Source: an uncultured Methanosarcinales archaeon
GTDB lineage: Archaea > Nanobdellota > Nanobdellia > Woesearchaeales > B29-G15
Direction: 5' to 3'
NCBI GenBank assembly: GCA_964407035.1
Contig: CAYOTZ010000001.1
Location: 12,482-44,481, forward strand
DNA length: 32,000 nt
Shown here: positions 1 through 8,382 of the stretch, piece after piece
Layout of the letters: each line of letters starts with the position of its first letter
Position numbering within the stretch: position 1 is the first letter of the stretch
Position numbers and translations under genes: made by a program
The notes under the pieces: model-generated
Told to the model about the DNA's origin: nothing
The model's database searches: none
What the model saw: the letters and a program-made list of their open reading frames with translations, nothing else

Positions 1-573
1 CTCAGCGCCAGTTACTTTTGTTTCCAAACTAGTCAGCTCATCACCCATTAACAACTCAAATTTTCCATCTGCATCCTGCTTGATCAGTGCGTATTTCTGA
101 ATTACAGGAGGGTACAAAGTAAGGGTTTTTCCATCAACTTTAATCCTCTGTTGTCTCCCAAGCTGAACACCGTAGTTTATAGATTCCAAAGTGAATTTGC
201 GTATTATCTCTTCATCTTCGCTATTAAAGTTTATTATATCATAATCAGGAGGCAATAAATAGAAATTTGTTGAGTGCTTTTCTTTTGTTAGGAGTATCCT
301 AAAATGGTTCAATCTTGTTGGTTTCAACACAAGGCACGGGCAGGGGATATTGAAAGGATATGAATTGTCATTACAGTTCCTTATGTTGTTAATGAAATCT
401 TGAAAGAAAGAGATAGCAGATGTCTTATCAAGTTCTGTTATGTCAGAGGTTTCATTAGGTGTCATGTTCAGTATCGGCTTTCCCGCATCTCTTATCATGG
501 GCCCAAAAATTGATATTGCAAATATTAATAACAATAATGCAAGCGCCCATTTCAGCAGCTCTTCAAAGGTCAT
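1..573 (-). CDS. Membrane-anchored hypothetical protein (C-terminal end runs off the window); paralog of the 763..2100 product
   Basis: Hand translation of the minus strand from the ATG at 571-573 gives MTFEELLKWALALLLLIFAISIFGPMIRD... and stays open to position 1. It is absent from the ORF track because no stop lies in the window. ELLKW plus a hydrophobic helix, FFQDFINNIRNC, PCPC and FYLLPP align with ELLKW, FFENYLEALEKC, ACKC and IYLLPK of the 445-aa neighbour. Confidence 0.6.
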   Translation of the reverse strand, partial: MTFEELLKWALALLLLIFAISIFGPMIRDAGKPILNMTPNETSDITELDKTSAISFFQDFINNIRNCNDNSYPFNIPCPCLVLKPTRLNHFRILLTKEKHSTNFYLLPPDYDIINFNSEDEEIIRKFTLESINYGVQLGRQQRIKVDGKTLTLYPPVIQKYALIKQDADGKFELLMGDELTSLETKVTGAE

Positions 574-710
574 AGTATCCTCTTGAGAAAATCTATTATT
601 CCAAGCGACTTATTTGTGAATAAGTGGAATATGAAGAGCAGCAAAAGGGCAGCGAACACAGCTAATACGAGAAGCACTAACCAGTGGGGTAGGTCGCCTC
701 TTTTGTTCAT
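570..710 (-). CDS. Micro-protein (46 aa) with a single TM helix
   Basis: Hand translation gives MNKRGDLPHWLVLLVLAVFAALLLLFIFHLFTNKSLGIIDFLKRIL*. Its TGA overlaps the ATG of the downstream gene (ATGA at 570-573). It is below the ORF-track length cutoff. A TATA-like aaatttaaat lies upstream. Confidence 0.45.
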   Translation of the reverse strand: MNKRGDLPHWLVLLVLAVFAALLLLFIFHLFTNKSLGIIDFLKRIL

Positions 711-762
711 ACCTCTTCATTAATTAATGTTCTATTTAAATTTATTGCTGTTAGCTACTCAG

Positions 763-2100
763 TTATTTAACAATATCGAGAATAACATACCTACTGTCGG
801 TATCCCAATCAGAATCATCCAATGCTACTATTTTATTGCCTGAGTATTCATCTAGCTGATAAAGGGCTGTAAGTGAAATATCATCAGCGCGATTAAAAAA
901 GATACTGGAATCTGCGATTTCAAGGTCAAAATATTTATAAGGGGATTCAGCATTCGGACAATATCCTCCAGAAAAAACATAATAATTGGTAAATACACAC
1001 ACTTTGCAATTTTCCTCGTTTGGCAAGCATTCCACTGGAAATTTATCACATTTTTCATTGTCTCTCAAATAATTGATGAACCCTAAACACCCATAATCTT
1101 TGACACCTGGTGTGGAGGATTTAACCAAGAATCTAACATTAACGCCAGTTATAGTAGCATTATAGAAATCTTTCTCTGGCCAAATGTAATTTGAAGCAAG
1201 CTGCTCAGGATATTGGTAGCCAAGCACCTGAGTGTTCTGTGAGCTGTTTTTTATTACTACATAGCTGTGCTCAGGGAAGTCTTCTGTAAACACATGTCTG
1301 GAATTGTCACTTGCTGCCTGCCTGATAAACTCAACAAAGTTGTTGAACTGCTCTTTACCTTCCTGCATTTTAGAGCAAGAGGGCATCTTATTTAAGGAAA
1401 GCCTGTTATCATTGGGAGTTGAGTGGACTATAACTCTGTCCAGGTTCTCTTCAAAGACCTGCACGAGACGCACACCCCAGATGTTTTTACTGTCTGTGGA
1501 ACTCAAAGGGAGAGAATCTCCATATTTTATATTAAGTGTACCATCGTTATTCCCGTCAAACAAGATATATTTCCACCACATTGGTAACCAAAACAAGTAA
1601 TTCAAATCTTTTTTGGGTATATTATATGTAGAGTCCTTACTATTCACAGGAGCTATAACAAAAGATTGAATATTATAATGCAGCTCTTTGCTTATTAATG
1701 CTTGCTCTTCAAGCTCCTCCTCGCTACTAAGATTAGCATTCTTGGGCAGAAGATAAATCTTAGATATCTTATCTTGTTCAGATGGGTTAGGCATAATAAT
1801 TATCATTTTCATATCCAATAAGGGTGTAGCATCCACTACATCGCACTTACATGCAAGAGGTGGTAAAAAATCATATTCTTCATGCAGGAAATCGTAGCTA
1901 AAACACTTCTCCAATGCTTCGAGATAATTCTCAAAGAAGAGGATGCTGAATCTGTGCCTGGTTATATCTATAGTATCATTAACCTTTGGAGGGTTATAAT
2001 CTGGCGCTTTATAATTTCTGTACATAAGGAATACACCACCGCTCACAATAGCAAGGAATAGCACAGCAATAATCCACTTCAACAGCTCATTCCATTCCAT
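763..2100 (-). CDS. Membrane-anchored, Cys-rich hypothetical protein (445 aa)
   Basis: Long ORF with an N-terminal MEWNELLKW followed by a hydrophobic helix. The C-terminal part is Cys-rich (CDKFPVECLPNEENCKVCV...GGYCP), which fits an extracytoplasmic location. Starts 4 nt after the upstream stop. I recognise no family. Confidence 0.75.
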   Translation of the reverse strand: MEWNELLKWIIAVLFLAIVSGGVFLMYRNYKAPDYNPPKVNDTIDITRHRFSILFFENYLEALEKCFSYDFLHEEYDFLPPLACKCDVVDATPLLDMKMIIIMPNPSEQDKISKIYLLPKNANLSSEEELEEQALISKELHYNIQSFVIAPVNSKDSTYNIPKKDLNYLFWLPMWWKYILFDGNNDGTLNIKYGDSLPLSSTDSKNIWGVRLVQVFEENLDRVIVHSTPNDNRLSLNKMPSCSKMQEGKEQFNNFVEFIRQAASDNSRHVFTEDFPEHSYVVIKNSSQNTQVLGYQYPEQLASNYIWPEKDFYNATITGVNVRFLVKSSTPGVKDYGCLGFINYLRDNEKCDKFPVECLPNEENCKVCVFTNYYVFSGGYCPNAESPYKYFDLEIADSSIFFNRADDISLTALYQLDEYSGNKIVALDDSDWDTDSRYVILDIVK

Positions 2101-2104
2101 TTTT

Positions 2105-3043
2105 TTAGCCCAGTTTAGTGCATTGCTGTTCCAGTATATCCTCTTCAGAAAAGGGGCTTACGACTATTCCGTAGCTCCAGTTTATATCAGCAGACGGCCC
2201 ACCAATAAAGCCAGCACCAGCGCCAATAGCAGCTCTGAAGGGTGCTTTCAATGCTATGGAAGCTAATTTCGAAAGTATTGTAGTTGAGCCACCAGTGAGG
2301 AATGTTGTTGCTGCTGTGAAAACAAAACCGCCAATTGCTGAAAGACCTGAAACAAGCCATTTGTCCCAGAAGCCGCGCTCCTTGCCATAAACCAGCAGAA
2401 CAGTATACGGCAGAGATGTGTTAATAAAAGGAAAAGGAAGCTCTTCTTCTAGGAAATCTTCAACTGGCATCCTTGCAAGCTTATTCAAATCTTCATAATC
2501 CTCAATAGTTGGTGAAACACCATAAATAAACTCGTAGTAACTGCGCTTGTCTCTAAACCGTGGGATGCGATGCGCCATCATGTATGCAGTTAAATTCTTC
2601 AGTAACTTATCTCTAGCTTCACCCTCAAAATCAATATAAGCGCAGATAATGCAGAAGCGCTCTCTATGACCACGAGCGACATTAAAGATGTTGTAGCGAC
2701 CCTCTCCGAACCTGTCCCAGCAATCGTAAGTGGCATTTGCTATCACCTTGTAAATCTCCTCTTCGTCGCCAGTATTTATTATAAACTTCTTGGGCGGGCA
2801 TTTAATATCAGAAACTACAAATGAATCAAATTCCTTAAAGTTCCTTATAGCATTAGCACGCACAGAGGCCTTGCATATAGCATCCTGGCTAGTTGCTTCT
2901 GTTTGCTTCCTTATAAGCCACACAATATACATACAGATTACTAACACAACAACAAGCAGAATAACCTTTACGATAAAACTGTGGCTGCCTTCTTCTCCTC
3001 TCTTATCCCCAAACAAAGTCGCACTTTGCATTTTTAAAATCAT
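2105..3043 (-). CDS. Membrane-anchored hypothetical protein (312 aa) with a Gly-rich hydrophobic insertion near the C-terminus; paralog of 3003..3773
   Basis: ORF with a TM helix (FIVKVILLVVVLVICMYIVWLI). Shares CWxxxGEG, CIxCAxIxF(D/E), YM/YL..R(I/M)P and YY(E/D)(F/Y) motifs with the upstream gene. The true start may be the Met at 3031. Confidence 0.75.
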   Translation of the reverse strand: MILKMQSATLFGDKRGEEGSHSFIVKVILLVVVLVICMYIVWLIRKQTEATSQDAICKASVRANAIRNFKEFDSFVVSDIKCPPKKFIINTGDEEEIYKVIANATYDCWDRFGEGRYNIFNVARGHRERFCIICAYIDFEGEARDKLLKNLTAYMMAHRIPRFRDKRSYYEFIYGVSPTIEDYEDLNKLARMPVEDFLEEELPFPFINTSLPYTVLLVYGKERGFWDKWLVSGLSAIGGFVFTAATTFLTGGSTTILSKLASIALKAPFRAAIGAGAGFIGGPSADINWSYGIVVSPFSEEDILEQQCTKLG

Positions 3044-3773
3044 CTACAGGCCAAAGCACCATCTGCAGATTGTCTCTGCTGTACTTGAGAAAGCTCAAAT
3101 CAAAAGGACCAATTTTAAGCCCGATAGCTCCACCTTTTCTGAAGTAATATATTAAATAATAGGTCTTTGACGTGTCTAATTCGTCTAATTGCTCTGGATT
3201 GGGTGGGTAAACTAAAAGCTTTGTGTTCTGAGGAGAGAAATAATCGTAGTACAGCATGTTCCTGCCAGGCATTCTCTTTAGCTTGAGATACTCAACAAGC
3301 TCTGTTATCTTGTTATATTCAGATTGAACACTCTCATCAAAGCTTATCTTGGCGCAGAGTATGCAGTAAACAGCTGTTGGTCTAAAAAAAGGCACCACAT
3401 GCCACTCACTACCGCCAAAAGGGTCTATCATTCCCTCGCCTGTTTTGAACCAGCATCTCCGCATAACATCAGCCAGCTCAAGCTTTATATCAGCCAGCGG
3501 GTTTTTGGAACTTGACTTCTTTATTACAACCTGCTCCATTTTGCATTTTGGTTCTGAAATAGGTTTTGCATGACCTGACTGTCCTGGTAACTTGTCCCAG
3601 ATAGAAAGCTTTTTAGAAGCTTCCATCAGCATTAAAGAGTTCCTGCAAACATCAGCATCTGTTTTGCTTTCAAACAAAGGTAGAAACTTCACGGCAAGAT
3701 AAATAATCGCTATACCCACAAGAATACCAAGTGTTAATAAGATTACACTGCTGATTGCTAATCCCTTTTTCAT
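3003..3773 (-). CDS. Membrane-anchored hypothetical protein (256 aa); paralog of 2105..3043
   Basis: ORF with N-terminus MKKGLAISSVILLTLGILVGIAIIYL (KG followed by a hydrophobic helix). Carries the CWFKTGEG and CILCAKISFDE motifs shared with the downstream paralog. Confidence 0.75.
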   Translation of the reverse strand: MKKGLAISSVILLTLGILVGIAIIYLAVKFLPLFESKTDADVCRNSLMLMEASKKLSIWDKLPGQSGHAKPISEPKCKMEQVVIKKSSSKNPLADIKLELADVMRRCWFKTGEGMIDPFGGSEWHVVPFFRPTAVYCILCAKISFDESVQSEYNKITELVEYLKLKRMPGRNMLYYDYFSPQNTKLLVYPPNPEQLDELDTSKTYYLIYYFRKGGAIGLKIGPFDLSFLKYSRDNLQMVLWPVDDFKNAKCDFVWG

Positions 3774-3883
3774 TCTCTCAAAGCTCGCAGTATTTTGAAC
3801 AAGATGAATATAGCAGAAACAAAGAAAGCACTCATAACAATTAGGGTGAGCAGGCTTTTGTGTATCAATGACCCCTTTTTCAT
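3770..3883 (-). CDS. Micro-protein (37 aa) with a single TM helix
   Basis: Hand translation gives MKKGSLIHKSLLTLIVMSAFFVSAIFILFKILRALRE*. Its TGA overlaps the ATG of 3003..3773 (ATGA at 3770-3773). A TATA-like ctttttatac lies about 30 nt upstream. Below the ORF-track cutoff. Confidence 0.45.
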   Translation of the reverse strand: MKKGSLIHKSLLTLIVMSAFFVSAIFILFKILRALRE

Positions 3884-3922
3884 TACCTAAGCCAAAGGAA
3901 TAAAGAGTATAAAAAGATTTCG

Positions 3923-4387
3923 TCAGCTACTCAGCTCGTAAAGCTCCAAGTCGCACAGGAAACTCTCTCTCTTCAGCTCCCTAACAATATAGAACACTCG
4001 CCTCTGCCTTATCCTAAATCTCTGCTCAAGCTGTTCCAAGAAAAGGTCTGCATCCTTTATATGCCTAAAAATTGCTTCTGCCATAAACTGGTACTCGTCA
4101 TCAAGCTTAAACACAGAGTTCACACAAGCTGACTTCACCAAGCTATTCTTCAGCTTATCTACATCTTCTGGCTCGCAGCTTACGAAGAGTATGGCAATTG
4201 TGTGGTAACCAAGCTCCTCGTAATTGAGTAGGGCAGTATGCTTCTTTATTAGCGAGTCACGATAAGCCATAAGCTTTGTGTATATTGTGCTGACTGGAAT
4301 GCTTGTTTTCTTGCTCATCTCTGTAAGAGGCTCACGGGCATTCTTGCGCAACTCGGATAGTATCTTGAGGTCCTTTTTCTTGAGCAT
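3923..4387 (-). CDS. Lrp/AsnC-family transcriptional regulator
   Basis: 154 aa. N-terminal HTH pattern LKILSELRKNAREPLTEMSKKTSIPVSTIYTKL followed by an AsnC-type ligand-binding-like C-terminal half. Confidence 0.8.
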   Translation of the reverse strand: MLKKKDLKILSELRKNAREPLTEMSKKTSIPVSTIYTKLMAYRDSLIKKHTALLNYEELGYHTIAILFVSCEPEDVDKLKNSLVKSACVNSVFKLDDEYQFMAEAIFRHIKDADLFLEQLEQRFRIRQRRVFYIVRELKRESFLCDLELYELSS

Positions 4388-4481
4388 TTTTCATCACCAA
4401 CCTATAAATTAGCACCTTTAAATTTATAATTTATCACAAAATTTTATATATCACTATAAAATTATATAATTTTCAGAAAAG

Positions 4482-4489
4482 TTTATATA
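4482..4489 (+). promoter_or_regulatory. TATA-box-like element for the AbrB-PhoU gene, inside an AT-rich divergent intergenic region (4388-4512)
   Basis: tttatata is centred about 27 nt upstream of the ATG at 4513. The region also holds repeated tatcac / tataaa motifs that could be Lrp sites. Confidence 0.4.
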
Positions 4490-4512
4490 TGAATTGTTGT
4501 TTAATTCTTGCT

Positions 4513-5442
4513 ATGAAACGAAGCGTTATCCAACAGGGTGGTAAGACACTAATGGTATCTTTGCCAATAAAATGGGCAAAGAATTACAACATAAACAAAG
4601 GGGATGAGTTAGAGCTAAAAATAGACGGCAACAGGATTTGCTTTTCTGCAAGCGGAGAGTCAAAACCAGAAGGTATTACAGTTAGCTTTGAGGGGCTATC
4701 AGAGAGAAGCATAAGATATGTGCTATCAGGTCTGCACAAGAGCGGTTATGACGAGTTAAACATATTTTATGACAAGCAGGAGAACCTTGAGGTGATTGAG
4801 GATGTTCTGAAAAATTTATATGTTGGTTTCGCAATAGTTGACCAGAGTGACAAGAGCTGCAAGCTAAAATCTCTTTCAAAAGAGCTGCCAGATCAGTTTG
4901 ATACAGCTCTGAGGCGCGCCTTTCTTGTGACCTTGAGCATGGGTGACAGCATAATTGAGGCAATTGAAAAAGGCAAATTCAAGGCACTAAACGCTATAAT
5001 AAATCTTGAGAAAACAAACAACCAGCTAACCAACTTTTGTGAGCGCCTGCTGAACAAATATCCTTTTCTCTTTCCAAAAAAGCAGAATTTTATGTATGTA
5101 GTGCTATGGAACCTTGAAAAAATCTGCGATGACTACAAGTATATATGCAAGAACCTTGCAGATTACAATGGAAAAATCAGCAGAGAGCTCGTTGAGTTCT
5201 TCAAAGCTACCCAGAACCTACTAAGGGGATTTTATGAGTTGTTCTACAAGTTTTCGCTGGAGAAGCTTTCCCAGCTCAACGAAGAGAAGAAGAGAATAGA
5301 GCAGCATCATTTTAAACTCGGTGAAACACTGAAAGGAGAAGAGCTAAAGCTGTGGTTCTATTTAATGAGTGCAATCTACAAGATAGTGGAGTTCTCAGCT
5401 TCTACCTGCGCATTGAGATACACTACCGAGACACAGCAATAA
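4513..5442 (+). CDS. AbrB/SpoVT-domain plus PhoU-like phosphate uptake regulator homolog
   Basis: The N-terminus MKRSVIQQGGKTLMVSLPIKWAKNYNINKGDELELKIDGNRICF is SpoVT/AbrB-like. The remainder is helical and PhoU-like. The track start at 4489 adds MNCCLILA; I prefer 4513 because of TATA spacing. Confidence 0.8.
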   Translation: MKRSVIQQGGKTLMVSLPIKWAKNYNINKGDELELKIDGNRICFSASGESKPEGITVSFEGLSERSIRYVLSGLHKSGYDELNIFYDKQENLEVIEDVLKNLYVGFAIVDQSDKSCKLKSLSKELPDQFDTALRRAFLVTLSMGDSIIEAIEKGKFKALNAIINLEKTNNQLTNFCERLLNKYPFLFPKKQNFMYVVLWNLEKICDDYKYICKNLADYNGKISRELVEFFKATQNLLRGFYELFYKFSLEKLSQLNEEKKRIEQHHFKLGETLKGEELKLWFYLMSAIYKIVEFSASTCALRYTTETQQ

Positions 5443-7516
5443 GCTCAGATATTTTTTGCAGGGAAGCTTCAAGGTTTTGATAGCTTTCATTGTGCTGCTC
5501 ATAGAAGTCACTGTGGTATTTCCTTATATCTCTTACAGCCCGTAGGGCTGCCTTTAACATCCCTTTTCTGTGCCTCTTCATGCTATGCCTTGTTGTCGAT
5601 GACCAGGCACCGCAGAGTGATATGGCACGCTGAATTACTGCATTGTGATATGCAAGCATAAACGCTTCTTTATTTTTTATCTTGGCAAGACCTGTCTCGT
5701 GTGCTAAAGAGTTGAAACTTGCTATATAAGCTGATATTATCTGCTGCTTGTCCTCGTAACTCAACTTTGGGTTGTACTCAATTAGGTTGACAAGATCAAA
5801 CTGTTGAGGCACTATGCTCTTGTCTTCTGTGTCCACTCTAGTAATCACACCATCTTTGCTTATGATGTACTGCTCAGGATGGCTGTCCAGATTAAAACAC
5901 CACTGGGCTTGCTTCAGTGTTTCATAAACAGGCCTGTAATTCTGGATTACAACACGAACCAAGTTCCTGTATTTTACATATGGTGCCTTTGCCTGTATTT
6001 CTTCTACAAGCTCTCTATACAACAATCTTGATTTAACTTTTAATGCAAGGTGCAGCTTGCCACGTTGAGATACGGTTTTCGGGATAGATGCATGTAGCCT
6101 GCCAAGGAAACTGGCTACTTCATAGAGAAAAGGCATAACATCTCTTACATGAGCTGTTTCAATCAACTCCATAAGGGTAATGCCAGGAGCACGCTTCATA
6201 ACATAAACATTCCTCTGCTCATTGTTTATAGTGAAGCTCCTTGGTGCTACAACAACCTCAGGCAATCTAAACTGTTTGAGCCCCTTAATTAATGATTCAA
6301 GAGTGTTTCGCAACTCATACTCCTTCTGAAGCACTTCCAGCTCTGGATTCTCCTTGAATACAAAAGTCGTCTGTAGATATCTGTGAGGTCCAAAGGTGTA
6401 AACAAGGTTGGCTGTTTCGCCTATGCTTTCCTGTTTGAATTTAGGGTTGCCGAGAATCAAGGCAATTACCTTCCCCCATTGCCTCTGCCTAACAGATTCT
6501 TCAGCATCAATTGTTTCAAGAAACAACGAATGGGCAAGATTAAATGCAAGGTCGCGCCTTCCAAACAAACCAATTGCCTTCCAGAAGAATTGCTGAACCT
6601 TTGGCTTGAAGCCATAATGAGCCATATAGAGGTCAGAAAGGAGCCAGGCTGTGCTTACCTTTGACTCGCTAAACAAAAGTCCAATATGTGCAAAAATATA
6701 GGTCATAGGCCCCAAGAAAGGGTAATCTCTAAATGAAGCAGGGAAATTATATGTATACTCCAGCAACTCTCCAGCTTTGAATTGCTTGAGATGCTTATTA
6801 AGGTATTCCATTGCCTTATCAAAGTTGTCTATTTGGAGATAAGAAACAGCAAGCTGACGATAATAGACATTTACATCCTTTGAACTCTCCAGCTCTTTAA
6901 TAAAGCTCTTTATCTTAACTTTGTCCTTTTTAAAGCGATTCTTGATTGATTCTGTAAATTCCCAAAAGCTTTTTTCAGGCAGTTTGGTGAGTGCTAATCT
7001 GTGAGTAATATCTTTTATTAACCATACAAGGTTTGAATATGTCAACAAACCATAACTGAGTATAGGTAATGAAGCTGCTAATATAGAGTAATTCCCTCGT
7101 GCAATAGATGACAGAATATAAGGAAGGTTTAATGCTATAGGCGGTACAAATAATAATGCAACAAATAATGGTTGGTATTTATCCAAAGCTTTATATGCCT
7201 TGTACAGCCCCTGGTGATGCACAGGTAGATTAAGTGGTTTTATACGCTGCCTGATTCTCGCATAGAGGAGAGCACTGTTTAATATGGGACCTGCTAAGTC
7301 CATGATTGAAGCTGGAGCTGCAGGATGATAAACAGCCCAAGGGTTATAATAATTGTTCACCAAAAACCAAGCCCAGTCACCAAAGAAATAAAGTCCAGCG
7401 GAAACAGCGGCACCAGTGATATTCGGATAATCCAATACAAGTCGTTCCAATTTGCTCTTTAAAGCCCTAAGCTTAGAGTCAGAAACCCTATCTTCAAGCT
7501 CCTTCATTGTAATCAT
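5423..7516 (-). CDS. Polytopic membrane protein with a TPR-like linker and a C-terminal APH/choline-kinase-like phosphotransferase domain
   Basis: 697 aa. Several hydrophobic helices lie in the first ~170 aa. The C-terminal half has kinase-like-fold signatures: VYVMKRAPGITLMELIE, LGRLHA, FNLDSHPEQYIISKDGVITRVDTED (compare HGDLHPGN...IDWE). The catalytic-loop motif is divergent. Confidence 0.55.
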   Translation of the reverse strand: MITMKELEDRVSDSKLRALKSKLERLVLDYPNITGAAVSAGLYFFGDWAWFLVNNYYNPWAVYHPAAPASIMDLAGPILNSALLYARIRQRIKPLNLPVHHQGLYKAYKALDKYQPLFVALLFVPPIALNLPYILSSIARGNYSILAASLPILSYGLLTYSNLVWLIKDITHRLALTKLPEKSFWEFTESIKNRFKKDKVKIKSFIKELESSKDVNVYYRQLAVSYLQIDNFDKAMEYLNKHLKQFKAGELLEYTYNFPASFRDYPFLGPMTYIFAHIGLLFSESKVSTAWLLSDLYMAHYGFKPKVQQFFWKAIGLFGRRDLAFNLAHSLFLETIDAEESVRQRQWGKVIALILGNPKFKQESIGETANLVYTFGPHRYLQTTFVFKENPELEVLQKEYELRNTLESLIKGLKQFRLPEVVVAPRSFTINNEQRNVYVMKRAPGITLMELIETAHVRDVMPFLYEVASFLGRLHASIPKTVSQRGKLHLALKVKSRLLYRELVEEIQAKAPYVKYRNLVRVVIQNYRPVYETLKQAQWCFNLDSHPEQYIISKDGVITRVDTEDKSIVPQQFDLVNLIEYNPKLSYEDKQQIISAYIASFNSLAHETGLAKIKNKEAFMLAYHNAVIQRAISLCGAWSSTTRHSMKRHRKGMLKAALRAVRDIRKYHSDFYEQHNESYQNLEASLQKISELIAVSR

Positions 7517-7533
7517 TTAGAAATAGTTAATAT

Positions 7534-8382
7534 TTAAATGTTTCTTAATAAACTTGCTGCACCGAAAAGCTGTGGCTCCTCAAACTTGGAGTGAAGCACC
7601 TCTGCTTTGAATTCTGTCACTTCTCTTATTACATTGAACATCACTTCAGCAAATAAGTCCCAATTCTTGGTTAAGCCACCACCTATTACAACGCAGTCAG
7701 GGTCAAAAGCAGCAATCAAGCTCCCAACAGCCAGGCCAAGGTCTTTTCCATAACTACTAAATGCCTCTATTGCTTCTATATCGCCCTGCTCAGCAGCTTT
7801 CTTCATCTCCAGCCCTGAACTAAACCTCGGGCATCTTGCCAAAAGGCCACGCTCAGAAAGCAACACCTCATATGTTTTATATTTGAAGAAATGGTCTCGG
7901 GCTGGCTCATTCCTCAGTACCATCTTGCTGAAGTGTCCTGCATTCCCCAAACCCTTGAATGGCTTTCCTTTGTAAACTATACCACCACCAAACCCTGTTC
8001 CAAGCGTAATGCCGAGCACCAGTTGTTTACCTTTTGCCGCGCCATAGTTGGCTTCACCGAGAGTGAAGCAGACAGCGTCATTCTCCATTACTACTATGGC
8101 GCTTGTATGCTTCTCAAGGAAGCTCTTTAAATTAAAAAAAGCTAGAGGAAGATTTGGTGTTGCAAGCAAAAAACCTCGGAAATAATCAGCAGGACCCGGG
8201 CAGCTCAAAGCAATCTTGTCTGGCTTTTCTTCCAGTTTGTAAATCAATTCGACAAGCGCCTTCAAAAGCTCGTTTCTTGTCTTTGGCGTTCTTATCGTTG
8301 TGAAATTCATTAAGCTTGGAGAATCTAAATACCCTATAACAGCTGCTTTGATTATTGTGCCACCCAGATCTATTGCTATCAT
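7534..8382 (-). CDS. ROK-family sugar kinase (probable glucokinase)
   Basis: 282 aa. MIAIDLGGTIIKAAV phosphate-1 motif, GITLGTGFGGG, VIGGGL. ATGA overlap with the upstream pgi/pmi stop. Confidence 0.8.
   Translation of the reverse strand: MIAIDLGGTIIKAAVIGYLDSPSLMNFTTIRTPKTRNELLKALVELIYKLEEKPDKIALSCPGPADYFRGFLLATPNLPLAFFNLKSFLEKHTSAIVVMENDAVCFTLGEANYGAAKGKQLVLGITLGTGFGGGIVYKGKPFKGLGNAGHFSKMVLRNEPARDHFFKYKTYEVLLSERGLLARCPRFSSGLEMKKAAEQGDIEAIEAFSSYGKDLGLAVGSLIAAFDPDCVVIGGGLTKNWDLFAEVMFNVIREVTEFKAEVLHSKFEEPQLFGAASLLRNI

Noticed and set aside
2105-3883. Firm call of type IV pilins (class III signal peptides) for the cluster proteins
   Set aside because: Only the 256-aa protein (KG-LAI) fits the [KRDE][GA][ALIFQMVED][ILMVTAS][GATSIV] pattern well. 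The others deviate at +2 or +3, and the two largest proteins start with an acidic ELLKW motif. I kept this as a hypothesis in the findings and did not annotate it.
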